In this document: piece after piece, positions 11,839 to 22,170 of the stretch
Layout of the letters: each line of letters opens with the position of its first letter
Numbering within the stretch: the stretch's first letter is position 1
Assembly (NCBI GenBank): GCA_902510055.1
Contig: CABWZY010000003.1
Coordinates: 15,067 to 79,066 of the forward strand
DNA: 64,000 nt
Origin: an uncultured Candidatus Actinomarina sp.
GTDB lineage: Bacteria; Actinomycetota; Acidimicrobiia; Actinomarinales; Actinomarinaceae
Reading direction: 5' to 3'
The notes under the pieces: generated by a model
Database searches by the model: none
Seen by the model: only the letters and a program-made list of their open reading frames with translations
Told to the model about the DNA's origin: nothing
Made by a program: the position numbers and the translations under genes

Positions 11839-12430
11839 CTTGTACTGATATATCTACATTAAGCTCTTTTAGTTCTCCTAACATACTATCTGTAACACCA
11901 CCATCTATCATAATTTCACCTTCATAGTTTGGAAATGTTCGTTTAAATTCCTTAACTCTTTCTACTGGGGAGACAATAGGTGTTTGATTTGAAAAACCAG
12001 GCATCACACAAAGTAATAAAATATAATGAATATTAAATATTTTATTATTAATAAAACTTTTTAAAATATTTAAATCAGAAGTTCCTAAAACCCCGATACC
12101 TGTTTTGATATTGCTTTGCTTTCTCATTTCAGTTAGAAATTTATTAATTGAATTTGATTCGACATGAAGAGATGCTCTGGAAATATTGTTACTTTGAGTT
12201 AACAGTTTATTTAATATCTCTGGGAAATCATTAGTCATAAAATGCATATCAATTAATAAATTGAAATCTTCTATGAGTTTAAATACAATTTCATGTGAGA
12301 TTCCATATGTTTGACAAAATTCATTATCACCTATATCTACATGAACATAATCATATTTATCTTTTTTCATTTTAAGTTCTTCAAATAGAGTTAGTTGATC
12401 TGCAGCTAGTATGCTTGCTGAAATTTTCAT
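11819..12430 (-). CDS. rpe: ribulose-phosphate 3-epimerase
   Basis: 203 aa. SASILAAD.., HVDIGDNEF and DMHFM motifs match Rpe. Actinobacterial order fmt-(sun)-rpe-ribD. Confidence 0.8.
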   Translation of the reverse strand: MKISASILAADQLTLFEELKMKKDKYDYVHVDIGDNEFCQTYGISHEIVFKLIEDFNLLIDMHFMTNDFPEILNKLLTQSNNISRASLHVESNSINKFLTEMRKQSNIKTGIGVLGTSDLNILKSFINNKIFNIHYILLLCVMPGFSNQTPIVSPVERVKEFKRTFPNYEGEIMIDGGVTDSMLGELKELNVDISVQGGAIFG

Positions 12431-13260
12431 CTAATACCTCTTAAGTAATCTACTACAGGCATTCTATTTTTTCCTTCAGGAGTTATTTCAATAGGATAAA
12501 TATAATCATCTAAAATTTTAAAATCTAAACCATGGCTTTTCAAAGAATATTTATGGATTTTGAAGACTTTATTATTATGAATATAATATGCGGGCCCAAT
12601 TATATCAAAAGCTCTAATTTTTTTTAAAGCTACTTCATTAGTGTCATCATTTATACATAGATCATTCTTTTCAAATTTTTTAGTAAAAGTTTCATTTGAA
12701 TCATTCTGATTTTCTAGCGGATTTGTAATATTAATTATTTCATCGTAAGAATTAATAAAGTCTTCAAAAATTAAGTTATATATATCAGATGCATAGTGAG
12801 TTTCTAATAAGTTCATTTCTTTAGAGAACATTACTGGACCAGCATCAACATACTTATTAATTTTGAATATTGTATAACCAGTTTTAGTTTCTCCATTTAG
12901 AATTTGTGTCTCAACAGGTGAAGGTCCTTTGTATTTTGGCAATAAACTCAAATGCAGGTTATAAATATCTTTGTTATTGTTTAAAAAATTATCACTGAAG
13001 ATATTTTTAAAACTGACACAAAAAGCATTTACCATATCTTCATATATATCGTTTTGATTAAAATATTTAATATTGATACTATTTTTTATACAGAATAATT
13101 CAATATCGTTTGGTTTTAATTTTTTTCCTCTACCGGCTTCTACGGGTTTTGTTGTCACAACTGTTATATCTTTATTTTTATTATATAAAAATTTCAGATA
13201 GTTAGTACTTCTTTCATCAGAACCAAAAAAATAATTAAACATCTTTACCTGGAAAACCAT
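12427..13260 (-). CDS. fmt: methionyl-tRNA formyltransferase
   Basis: 277 aa. HLSLLPKYKGPSPV motif (HASLLPRWRG in E. coli Fmt). Lies downstream of def. Confidence 0.8.
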   Translation of the reverse strand: MVFQVKMFNYFFGSDERSTNYLKFLYNKNKDITVVTTKPVEAGRGKKLKPNDIELFCIKNSINIKYFNQNDIYEDMVNAFCVSFKNIFSDNFLNNNKDIYNLHLSLLPKYKGPSPVETQILNGETKTGYTIFKINKYVDAGPVMFSKEMNLLETHYASDIYNLIFEDFINSYDEIINITNPLENQNDSNETFTKKFEKNDLCINDDTNEVALKKIRAFDIIGPAYYIHNNKVFKIHKYSLKSHGLDFKILDDYIYPIEITPEGKNRMPVVDYLRGIR

Positions 13261-13729
13261 TTAATGAAATATCTTTTAAAGCTTGTTTGCGTGTTTTTCT
13301 ATCGAGGCATGTAAGCAAAACCTTACCTTTTAAATGATCTAATTCATGTTGAAGCACCCTACCAAGTAGATCATCTCCTTCATAAATTATTTTATTTCCT
13401 TTTAAGTCAAAACATTCCATTTTTGCATGTTCTGATCTTGAAATCTCCCAATAATACCCTGGTAACGAAAGGCAACCCTCAAGAAAGTTAATTTTGCCTG
13501 ATTTTTTAATTGATTTTGGATTAACAGCTATATTTGGACCATCACCAACATCGAAAACAAAAATATTTTTATTAATCCCTATTTGAGGTGCAGCTAAACC
13601 AACTCCCGGAGCAGCGTACATAATTTCCAACATCATGTCTGTTAGGTTTTTTAATTCGATGTCAAAAGAATTAACGTCATTAGATTTCATTTTTAATGAA
13701 GGATGTCCGAATGTAACAATATCTAACAT
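13235..13729 (-). CDS. def: peptide deformylase
   Basis: 164 aa. GVGLAAPQIG, EGCLSLPG and HELDHL motifs. Confidence 0.92.
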   Translation of the reverse strand: MLDIVTFGHPSLKMKSNDVNSFDIELKNLTDMMLEIMYAAPGVGLAAPQIGINKNIFVFDVGDGPNIAVNPKSIKKSGKINFLEGCLSLPGYYWEISRSEHAKMECFDLKGNKIIYEGDDLLGRVLQHELDHLKGKVLLTCLDRKTRKQALKDISLNGFPGKDV

Positions 13730-13730
13730 T

Positions 13731-15098
13731 TCAAATATTTCTTATTTTAATTGGTTCAAACTTACTTACATCAGAAAATAAACTCATTATCTTATTGTAA
13801 TTAAGATTATTACTTAAAATTAATCTGATTTCATACTGAAATAAGTCTTTACTAATTTTAGGACCTAATATATAGTCTTTAAAATTATTATTAATGTATT
13901 CATCTTTTGTTATAAAAGAAAAAACTTTAATATTTATATTTGGACCGTAATCAACACGTTCTTGAATCTCTTTATCTGCTAATTTATTAATATTATCAAT
14001 AGACAATAAATCATTAAAATTTTCTTCTTTGGTAGATAGCATTGTTACTTCGATATCATTATTTTTACAAAATTCTAACTGTTTCAATAAAGAAATTAAT
14101 CTTATTGAGTTAAGCGTATTGTTGGTTGATATTTTAGGATTAAATAGTAGAAACATATTATTTTCTTTTTCATCAAAATTTTCAGTAAAATTAAAGTCAG
14201 AAAGTTTATCTTTTACTATATCAGAGAATGTAAACGGTTTTATAAGACTACTATCAAATTTAGTTCGGAATATATTAATACATTCTTCTAAATTATTTCC
14301 ATATAAGTAAGTTACTTTATTATCAATATCTAATTTATTAATATGCTGAATAGAGTTAAAAACATCAAGCGCTGGAAATTTGTTATAAAATATAAAATTT
14401 CCACCAAAAATCATATTCTTATAAACTGCTAATTCTACAATGTTCATAGAATTTAATTTTGGAAGATTGAAAGCGATGTTATTAGTATCATAAAAATGAA
14501 AAATAGTATCATCTTCTAATTCAAAATAGTTGAAATTGTTAGAAAGAATAATTATGTTTTTAACTTTTAACTCTTTAGATAGAATTGTTTCAATCTCATT
14601 TTTACCACCAGTTTTTTGAAAAAAATCAATAATTATATTTTCATTAGTTAATCTATTATTTAATTTCATACATTGTTCTAATGAAGAAACTATAAATATA
14701 TTTTTATGATTATCTGAAACGTTATCTTTCAATGTTTCTAAGTTCATTAGCTTATATTTTTTGTCATTAATTTTATTTTGCTTTATAAATGTATCTAAAT
14801 TAAAAATATTTGAAAGCAACATGCCAATGTTAAGATAGTTTGCAATCGCAAGTGTTTTTATATAATTAAATTGCCTTTTAGATAAGTTATATACCAATTT
14901 CTTAATTTCATTAGTTTTTATATTATTTGATAATTTAACATTAGTTTCGACAACAACTGCATTATATTTTTTATTCCTAAAAATAACTTCTACGATTGAA
15001 CCTATCTCTATTTTATTTGTAAACTTTTTAGGTACTTTATACGTAAATTGAATAAATTTATATGTATTGTTATAGATTAATTCAACATTGATATACAC
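13731..15098 (-). CDS. priA: PriA-like primosomal protein N' with degenerate helicase core
   Basis: 455 aa. N-terminal 50 aa fit the PriA 3'-DNA-binding domain pattern. Lies between coaBC and def as in Actinobacteria. I found no GxGKT Walker A, no DExH motif and no Cys4 zinc finger by eye. Confidence 0.55.
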   Translation of the reverse strand: MYINVELIYNNTYKFIQFTYKVPKKFTNKIEIGSIVEVIFRNKKYNAVVVETNVKLSNNIKTNEIKKLVYNLSKRQFNYIKTLAIANYLNIGMLLSNIFNLDTFIKQNKINDKKYKLMNLETLKDNVSDNHKNIFIVSSLEQCMKLNNRLTNENIIIDFFQKTGGKNEIETILSKELKVKNIIILSNNFNYFELEDDTIFHFYDTNNIAFNLPKLNSMNIVELAVYKNMIFGGNFIFYNKFPALDVFNSIQHINKLDIDNKVTYLYGNNLEECINIFRTKFDSSLIKPFTFSDIVKDKLSDFNFTENFDEKENNMFLLFNPKISTNNTLNSIRLISLLKQLEFCKNNDIEVTMLSTKEENFNDLLSIDNINKLADKEIQERVDYGPNINIKVFSFITKDEYINNNFKDYILGPKISKDLFQYEIRLILSNNLNYNKIMSLFSDVSKFEPIKIRNI

Positions 15099-15103
15099 AA
15101 TAT

Positions 15104-16213
15104 TTAAAAAGTATTATTGATAATATGCTTAGCAATTATATATTTATTTTCATTATTAGATTCAAATATTAATTTTTCTTGATCAATTATTAAAATTTTG
15201 TTGTTATCTGATCCAAAATCATTTGTCTGCAGGTTATTTATTACAAGAAAGTCACTATTTTTTTCAGAGATCTTTTCATAATTCAAATCGTTATTTAACT
15301 GTGCAGAGAAAGCTATCACTTTAATATCCTTATGTTTTTCTTTAATTGATTTAATAATATCAATGTTGGGTGACAATTTTATATTCACCTCACCATCTTT
15401 CCTACTCAACTTTCCTTTATATATTTCTGGTATAAAATCAGATACAGCTGACGTCATATATATTTTGGTAACATCTTCAATATTATTTAGAATTTCATTA
15501 TTTAAATCATTAGAAGAAATGTATTTAACGTTAGTAGCATGAGGTACGGGATCAATTTTATCAGAATGAATATATGTTACTTCAAATCCTCTTGATAACA
15601 GTTCAAAAGCTATTGCCCTCCCCTGTTTACCACTTGATGAGTTTGTAACACCTCTTACAGAATCAATTTTCTCATAAGTTGGCCCGGCAGTAACAATCAC
15701 TTTTTCATTATTACCATTTAAAATTGTAAGTATTTCAGTAGGTTCTAAAAGTCTTCCTAACCCCTGATCTCCAATATCTAAATTTCCATAACGAGGTCCA
15801 CAAAAAATATGTCTTTTCGATAAGTTTGCAATGTTAGCTTGTGTTTCTCTATCTAGATACATCTCTTCATGCATGGCTGGTGCTATATAGATGCTTTTTT
15901 TATACATAAGCATTGTTGATAAAAGTAGGTCATCAGAAATACCAGTGCTTAATTTTGCAATAAAATTTGCTGTTGCGGGGTAAACTATAACTTTGTCAGC
16001 CCATCGTGATAATTCAATATGTGGTGAACCAGGAGCATCTTCCCAGGAAGATAATACATTATTATTAGTAATAAAACTTTTACTTACATATTTTAGACCT
16101 TCAGTAGTTGAAATGATCTTAAGGTTATAAGAATCTACAAGTAGCGAATGTAGTTCCTCTGTTTTAGAAGCAGCAATACTACCTGTAATACCAAGTAGTA
16201 AGTTGTTATTCAT
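15104..16213 (-). CDS. coaBC: bifunctional phosphopantothenoylcysteine decarboxylase / phosphopantothenate-cysteine ligase
   Basis: 369 aa. Flavoprotein N-domain (LLLGITGSIAA) plus a CoaB domain. Confidence 0.85.
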   Translation of the reverse strand: MNNNLLLGITGSIAASKTEELHSLLVDSYNLKIISTTEGLKYVSKSFITNNNVLSSWEDAPGSPHIELSRWADKVIVYPATANFIAKLSTGISDDLLLSTMLMYKKSIYIAPAMHEEMYLDRETQANIANLSKRHIFCGPRYGNLDIGDQGLGRLLEPTEILTILNGNNEKVIVTAGPTYEKIDSVRGVTNSSSGKQGRAIAFELLSRGFEVTYIHSDKIDPVPHATNVKYISSNDLNNEILNNIEDVTKIYMTSAVSDFIPEIYKGKLSRKDGEVNIKLSPNIDIIKSIKEKHKDIKVIAFSAQLNNDLNYEKISEKNSDFLVINNLQTNDFGSDNNKILIIDQEKLIFESNNENKYIIAKHIINNTF

Positions 16214-16219
16214 TGGAAA

Positions 16220-16447
16220 CTACTCTTTTTCTGAAACCTCGACCTTACCAGCAGCAATTTCTTCAAAGGCAACTGTTAATGGTTTTCTACTTAAACTTTG
16301 AACTTGTGGCGGTGTATATGCACCAATTCCTTCTCCAAGTTGATTAAAATATGAGTTAATATCTTTAGCTCTTCTTGCTGATGCTATAACTAATGCAAAT
16401 CTACCTGGTGTTTTTTCTAATAATTCTTCAATAGGTGGTTTTATCAT
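16220..16447 (-). CDS. rpoZ: DNA-directed RNA polymerase subunit omega
   Basis: 75 aa. RFALVIASARRAKDIN omega signature. gmk-rpoZ order. Confidence 0.85.
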   Translation of the reverse strand: MIKPPIEELLEKTPGRFALVIASARRAKDINSYFNQLGEGIGAYTPPQVQSLSRKPLTVAFEEIAAGKVEVSEKE

Positions 16448-16977
16448 GATTCCTCTAACTTACATATTAGATCAAGTATTTTTTTAACAGTAGTGTTTAT
16501 ATCAACATTCTTTATTATATAATCGAATTCTTTAATTTTACTTCGTTGTTCATTAGCTAGATCCATTCTTTTTGTTATAAAATCATCATCGTGACCTCTA
16601 GTTTTTAACCTTTTGATTAATTCGTTGTTATCAATATCTATAAATATTCCTACAAATTCTGTATTTTCTTTTAGTAGTTTAGTTGCACCATTTACTTCAA
16701 CATCTAAAACTGTAATTAGATCATTTTTAACTAATTGATCTTTACCTGTACCATAAAAATCCGTTCCGTACTTTTCATACTCTATAAAAAAATCATTATT
16801 TATTAAATTAGTAAAATCTTGATCTGTAACAAAAAAATAATCTTCACCTTCTTTTTCGTTATGACGTTTTTCTCTTGTCGTATGAGATACAGAAAAATAT
16901 AAATTCTTATATTTTATCAACTCGTTAATAATAGTTGACTTACCTACTCCTGATGGACCACTAAATATAATTATCAT
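16444..16977 (-). CDS. gmk: guanylate kinase
   Basis: 177 aa. P-loop GPSGVGKST. Confidence 0.9.
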   Translation of the reverse strand: MIIIFSGPSGVGKSTIINELIKYKNLYFSVSHTTREKRHNEKEGEDYFFVTDQDFTNLINNDFFIEYEKYGTDFYGTGKDQLVKNDLITVLDVEVNGATKLLKENTEFVGIFIDIDNNELIKRLKTRGHDDDFITKRMDLANEQRSKIKEFDYIIKNVDINTTVKKILDLICKLEES

Positions 16978-17267
16978 TTGTTATTAATAAATTCTGCTAT
17001 TTTTATTATCTTGCTTTCATTTAGTTCTGATATTTTTGTATTTTCACTTAACTCTATAGTTTGTAAAAATTTTGCTGTTGTAACTTTACCTAATTTTTTA
17101 TTGTATGTTAGATACTTATGTGCTCTTATAGAATTTATTGAGTTATTGTTAACTGCTTTAATAAGTGAATCATATACATATTCATTATCTATATCAAATT
17201 TACTTATGAAATCACGGCGCTTTTTTTTAATTACTTCGATTTCTTTAAGTATATCTTTATATTTCAT
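16974..17267 (-). CDS. mihF: integration host factor (actinobacterial mIHF-like)
   Basis: 97 aa. Block similarity to Mycobacterium mIHF (LPKVGKVKAQEIM vs NKKLGKVTTAKFL). Lies upstream of gmk as in Mtb (Rv1388). Confidence 0.5.
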   Translation of the reverse strand: MKYKDILKEIEVIKKKRRDFISKFDIDNEYVYDSLIKAVNNNSINSIRAHKYLTYNKKLGKVTTAKFLQTIELSENTKISELNESKIIKIAEFINNK

Positions 17268-17625
17268 TACTTATTTTATCCAGTATACCATTAACAAATT
17301 TAGCTCCTTTAGAAGATGAGTGTTTATCAGTTATCTTAACCCATTCTGATATAACAACGTTCTTTGGAGTTAAACCCATAATTAATTCAGAAATTCCTAG
17401 TTTGAGCGAAATTAGTTCAACTTTACCAATCCTTTCGTATGACCAATTATCAGAATATGTTTGTATTGAATTTATTATTCTTTCTATATTATCTTGAGTA
17501 TTTTTTATCAATTGTTCTGCACGCAACGTTTGATTTGAAGATAATTCATATTCTACATTTTGTAAATCATTTAAATCATTCTCAAAAAGTATTTGGAAAC
17601 AAGTATATCTAAAGTCTCTAATCAT
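17257..17625 (-). CDS. nusB: transcription antitermination factor NusB
   Basis: 122 aa helical protein with NusB-like conserved blocks. Adjacent to efp as in Actinobacteria. Confidence 0.65.
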   Translation of the reverse strand: MIRDFRYTCFQILFENDLNDLQNVEYELSSNQTLRAEQLIKNTQDNIERIINSIQTYSDNWSYERIGKVELISLKLGISELIMGLTPKNVVISEWVKITDKHSSSKGAKFVNGILDKISNEI

Positions 17626-18179
17626 ACTCTTGTAATGTAATTAGAATTTTTTGTATCAATTTTTATAACTTCTTTTTCCTCAATAAACATAGGTACGCTT
17701 ATTTCGAGACCTGTTTCACAAGTCACTACTTTATTAGTCGATGTAACTGTATCGCCTTTAACTGCTGGTTCGGCTTTTGTTACTAGTAATTCAACAGTAG
17801 CTGGTAGCAAAATATCAATAGGCGAATCATTATACATTTGAATAGTTATTTCTTGATTTTCTTTCATAAATAAATATTTTTTTTCAATTACGCTTTCAGG
17901 CAATGAAATTTGTTCATATGTATTTTTATTCATAAAAATAAAATTTGTACCGTCTTTGTATAAGTATTGAAATGATTGTTTATCAATAAAAGCTTGTTCG
18001 ACATTTTCATCAGCCCTAAATGTTTTATCAATTACTCCACTGTCGCTCAAATTCTTTAATTTTGTTTTAACAAAAGCTTTTCCTTTACCAGGCTTAACAT
18101 GCTGGTATTCAAGAATTAAATACACTGAATCATCTATCAGTATTGATTGTCCTGGACGTATGTCATTAGTAGAAACCAT
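17622..18179 (-). CDS. efp: elongation factor P
   Basis: 185 aa. KPGKG loop (VKPGKGKAFV). Confidence 0.92.
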   Translation of the reverse strand: MVSTNDIRPGQSILIDDSVYLILEYQHVKPGKGKAFVKTKLKNLSDSGVIDKTFRADENVEQAFIDKQSFQYLYKDGTNFIFMNKNTYEQISLPESVIEKKYLFMKENQEITIQMYNDSPIDILLPATVELLVTKAEPAVKGDTVTSTNKVVTCETGLEISVPMFIEEKEVIKIDTKNSNYITRV

Positions 18180-19252
18180 TAAGGAATAACACCTTCTTCT
18201 TTAGCTTTATTTTTCATATTAATAAAATCTGAATAGTTATCTGTAAAAGACATTTTCCCATCTTTTTCTGTTAATAAATAATAAATAAAATCACTTTCTG
18301 GAGCGTTTATTGTAGCTAATATTGACCTCTCTCCAAATCCAGATATTGGTGTTGGAGGTAATCCAGAATACTTATATGTGTTGTAGCTTGAATCTACTTG
18401 CAGGTCAATCAGCAGTACTTGAGATTTTCTTTTTTGTAAGGCATATAAAACAGTTGCATCAATCTGTAATAACATATCATCATAGAGTCTATTTTTAATT
18501 ACTGATGCTACCAAAGGTCTATCTGTCTCTAATTTTGATTCTGCCTCAACTAAGCTAGCTATAGTAAATAGTTCATTGTAACTATCAATCCAATAAGGAA
18601 GTTCATTATTTGCGAAAATTCTATCAACTACAATTTCTAATTCAGATACTAGTACCTGTAATATTTCTTCACCGTTTGCTTCTACATTGATTTCGTAAGT
18701 GTTTGGATATATAAGACCTTCCCAATTCTGCAGTATTTTATAATTTCCTAGGTATACATATTTACTATCAACAAGACCTGATACGAGTGAATTCTCTAAA
18801 GAAGCAACATCGAAACCAGTTTGTGAAGATATAGATGTTAATGTTTCAGAAATCCATAATCCTTCTGGAATTGTTATATTGTATGTTTTTAATGGTGGAC
18901 CTTTAAGCAAAACTGCAGTTAATTCATCGAATTCTAAATTATTTGGAATTTCGTAGTTGCCAGCTCTTAATTTGTCCGACATGTTTTCATTTCTTAAATA
19001 TATTTCATAAGCTAAAGAAGAACTAATTACACCTTTGTTATCTAATATTGATGTTATATCAGTAGCAGAAGATCCTTGAGGTATAGAGATATATACAATT
19101 TTTAGCTCTTTTAAATTTTCTGTACTAACTGAATCTATACTTTTCTCAACCAAAGAAGCCGCGTTACTTGCAAACATTATTGATAATGTTAGAGACAGAC
19201 ATGTAATAACAATATAAAAATATGATCTGTATTTATAATAAAAATTATTCAT
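18179..19252 (-). CDS. mltG: endolytic murein transglycosylase MltG (YceG family)
   Basis: 357 aa. N-terminal TM and a YceG-like domain. mltG-ruvX-alaS synteny. Confidence 0.8.
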   Translation of the reverse strand: MNNFYYKYRSYFYIVITCLSLTLSIMFASNAASLVEKSIDSVSTENLKELKIVYISIPQGSSATDITSILDNKGVISSSLAYEIYLRNENMSDKLRAGNYEIPNNLEFDELTAVLLKGPPLKTYNITIPEGLWISETLTSISSQTGFDVASLENSLVSGLVDSKYVYLGNYKILQNWEGLIYPNTYEINVEANGEEILQVLVSELEIVVDRIFANNELPYWIDSYNELFTIASLVEAESKLETDRPLVASVIKNRLYDDMLLQIDATVLYALQKRKSQVLLIDLQVDSSYNTYKYSGLPPTPISGFGERSILATINAPESDFIYYLLTEKDGKMSFTDNYSDFINMKNKAKEEGVIP

Positions 19253-19625
19253 TAGAACAAAATGTTTCTAGAATCTTAACAGCAGATAAATCGTCCATTC
19301 TTTTATAAGAATCATTTTTAATAACTTTTGATGTTAATCTTTCATCTACTTTCACTACAGGAATATCGAAATTATTTTTAAGTTCATTATCAATAAAATT
19401 ATCAACTAATTTACTCATCCTTGTTTCTTTGTTCATTAATCCTTTAGGGTACCCTATAATTATTTTTGTAATACATTCTTCTTTTGTGATATTTATCAAT
19501 TCAGTAATTAAATTTGTAAAATTGGTATCTATAATTTTATGTGCATAAGGAATATTTAGATTATGTTTTTTTATAGCTAAACCTATAAATCGTTCTCCGA
19601 AATCAATACCTAACAAGTTATTCAA
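19245..19625 (-). CDS. ruvX: Holliday junction resolvase-like RNase YqgF/RuvX
   Basis: 126 aa. LGIDFGERFIGLA N-terminal signature. Confidence 0.85.
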   Translation of the reverse strand: MNNLLGIDFGERFIGLAIKKHNLNIPYAHKIIDTNFTNLITELINITKEECITKIIIGYPKGLMNKETRMSKLVDNFIDNELKNNFDIPVVKVDERLTSKVIKNDSYKRMDDLSAVKILETFCSNE

Positions 19626-19626
19626 T

Positions 19627-22170
19627 TTAAATATGTTTAGTAAACTCTTGAGTTACATACTCAATACATTTATTATCATCATATTCTGACGGTCCACCAC
19701 CAATTGACAAAACTGGATCTTTTGAAGCACCTCCGCCGTAAAGTTTTGATGCGTTACTTACAATTTCTGATACATCAAATTTATCTAAACTTTCAGAGTT
19801 TTTGCATCCAACAATAACAGTTTTAGTTTCAATCTTGGCTATTAGGAAAACAAAGTCAAGGTTATGAGATTTTATAGACTGAACGGCTATATCTTTAGCT
19901 TCAGTAGAATCAGAAACGTTAACTTTACCTATATAAGTAATTAAATTATTAATCTCGTGTCCTTCGTTAATGATTCTATTTAGTTCCTTACCGCTTTCTT
20001 GTTTGTTGTAAGTTTCTAACTTTTTTTTAATATCTTCATAAGTTTCCATAAAAATTTTTAATTTTTCAGGAACTTGCTCAATATTAGTTTGTAGCAATTC
20101 GCTCACTGATTTATATGATTTATAAGCATTACTCATAAAACTATAAGCTTGTTCACCAGATAACATTTCAATTCTTCTTAAATTAGAACCAATAGATGAT
20201 TCGTTTAAAAGTACTATCAAACCAATTTCATTAGAATTATGAACATGTGTACCACCACATAACTCTTTAGAGAAGTTACCTATATTAACTACCCGTACAT
20301 CATCATCGTATTTATCACCAAAAAAAGCTAACGCACCTTCATCTTTTGCTTTTTTTATATCCATAACATTTGTATCAACTGATAAATCTTTGTAAATATT
20401 ATCGTTACTCATTTGAAAAATCTCTTCCAGTTCCTCTTTTTTTACTTTTTCTGTATGGCTAAAATCAAATCGAAATTTTCCAGGAGCTACGTGAGAACCA
20501 GCTTGGGCAACATGTTCTCCTAATATGTTTCTTAATGACGAGTGAACAATATGAGCAGCTGTGTGACTTTTTGAAACAGAACTTCTGAAAGATTTATCAA
20601 CATTTAATGTAATCTTATCTCCTATTTTTATATTATTATTTTCAATTAGCAACCCAGTTGAACCTGTGTCTGATTGAATAACATCTTTTACATCAATTAT
20701 TTTGTCATTAAATTGTATTGAACCTTTATCAGATATTTGCCCACCTGCTTCGTAATAAAAAGGATTTTGATTAGTAAAAATGACACAATTTTTATCTGCT
20801 TCTTCTATATGAAAAACTTCTGATTCTATAGATATTGAATCGTAACCAACAAATTTGTTAATATCCACACCTTTAATTTTATTGCCTGTTTCAGATTTTA
20901 TACCTGTATTTGATTTTTTTCTATGTTCATCAAGTAAGATATTAAATTTATCAATGTTAATAGATAGCCCATGTTCGAGTGCTGATTCTTGTGTTAATTC
21001 AAATGGAAAACCAAATGTTTCAAATAAATAAAACGCATCTTTTTCATCAATATAGTTTTTATTACTAAGCATATTGGTAATTTCTTGATTACCTTTAACA
21101 AGAGTATTTTGAAATAATTCTTCTTCTTTTTTGAACAGTTTAATTATTTTTGATTTGTTTTGGTCTAACTCTGGGTATGTACTTTTATAATCATCAACTA
21201 CTATTTTAATTAAAAAGTCAAGAGACTTTAGCTCATCAGTTAACCTATACATTGCTCTGGCAGCTCTTCTAATGATTCTTCTTAATATATAACCTCTTCC
21301 TTCATTAGTTGGTACAACTCCATCAGATATCATAAAGGTTGATGACTTTACATGGTCAAGGACTATTCTTTCATATTTTTTATCATTTTTTTGTATAACT
21401 TTATTAAGTTCTTCATACATAGAACTAAATGTATCGATCTCAAAAGGTGAATCTTTTTCTTGTAAAACCATAGCCATTCTCTCTAAACCCATTCCAGTAT
21501 CTATATTTTTAGCTGGTAAATCATCTATAACTTGATAAGGTTCGTCTTGAATTGATTCCATAAATACTAAGTTCCATATTTCAATAAACCTATCTTCACC
21601 TCCTCCAATTGGACCTCCTTCTTCACCAAATTCCTTTCCTCTGTCAATAAATATTTCAGAACAAGGACCACATGGCCCTGGAATATTCATATGCCAGAAA
21701 TTATCTTTATCCCCTTTTTGAATACGATCTTCAGGAATACCTATTTTTTTTCTCCAGATATTATAAGATTCTTCATCATTTTTATAAACTGTGAACCAAA
21801 GGTCTTTTTTATCAACACCTAATTCATTAGTTATAAATTCATATGACAACCTCATTGCATCCTCTTTGAAATAATTATCAATACTAAAATTTCCTAACAT
21901 TTCAAAAAATGTTAGATGTCTATCTGTATCTCCTACTATATCTATATCAACGGTCCTGATACATTTTTGAGATGAAGTTAAATTATTATGAGGCGGTTCT
22001 TTAGATCCCATAAAAAATTCTTTTAAAGGAACCATTCCAGCTGCTGTGAATAATAATGTCTCATCGTGTGGAATTAATGAAGATGATTCTAAAATTTTGT
22101 GATCGTTATCTTCAAAATATTTTAAGAATTTACTTCTTATTTGATCGCTATTCATCTTCTTCCCACTCAA
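19627..22170 (-). CDS. alaS: alanine--tRNA ligase
   Basis: 847 aa. Class II catalytic, editing (HTAAH..) and C-terminal DHHA1-like domains. Confidence 0.95.
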   Translation of the reverse strand: MSGKKMNSDQIRSKFLKYFEDNDHKILESSSLIPHDETLLFTAAGMVPLKEFFMGSKEPPHNNLTSSQKCIRTVDIDIVGDTDRHLTFFEMLGNFSIDNYFKEDAMRLSYEFITNELGVDKKDLWFTVYKNDEESYNIWRKKIGIPEDRIQKGDKDNFWHMNIPGPCGPCSEIFIDRGKEFGEEGGPIGGGEDRFIEIWNLVFMESIQDEPYQVIDDLPAKNIDTGMGLERMAMVLQEKDSPFEIDTFSSMYEELNKVIQKNDKKYERIVLDHVKSSTFMISDGVVPTNEGRGYILRRIIRRAARAMYRLTDELKSLDFLIKIVVDDYKSTYPELDQNKSKIIKLFKKEEELFQNTLVKGNQEITNMLSNKNYIDEKDAFYLFETFGFPFELTQESALEHGLSINIDKFNILLDEHRKKSNTGIKSETGNKIKGVDINKFVGYDSISIESEVFHIEEADKNCVIFTNQNPFYYEAGGQISDKGSIQFNDKIIDVKDVIQSDTGSTGLLIENNNIKIGDKITLNVDKSFRSSVSKSHTAAHIVHSSLRNILGEHVAQAGSHVAPGKFRFDFSHTEKVKKEELEEIFQMSNDNIYKDLSVDTNVMDIKKAKDEGALAFFGDKYDDDVRVVNIGNFSKELCGGTHVHNSNEIGLIVLLNESSIGSNLRRIEMLSGEQAYSFMSNAYKSYKSVSELLQTNIEQVPEKLKIFMETYEDIKKKLETYNKQESGKELNRIINEGHEINNLITYIGKVNVSDSTEAKDIAVQSIKSHNLDFVFLIAKIETKTVIVGCKNSESLDKFDVSEIVSNASKLYGGGASKDPVLSIGGGPSEYDDNKCIEYVTQEFTKHI

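Noticed and set aside
11839-11900. Looked for an FMN riboswitch upstream of the rib operon, and for T-box leaders upstream of thrS/tyrS/alaS
   Set aside because: ribD overlaps rpe, and the aaRS genes abut their upstream genes, so there is no non-coding space for such leaders.
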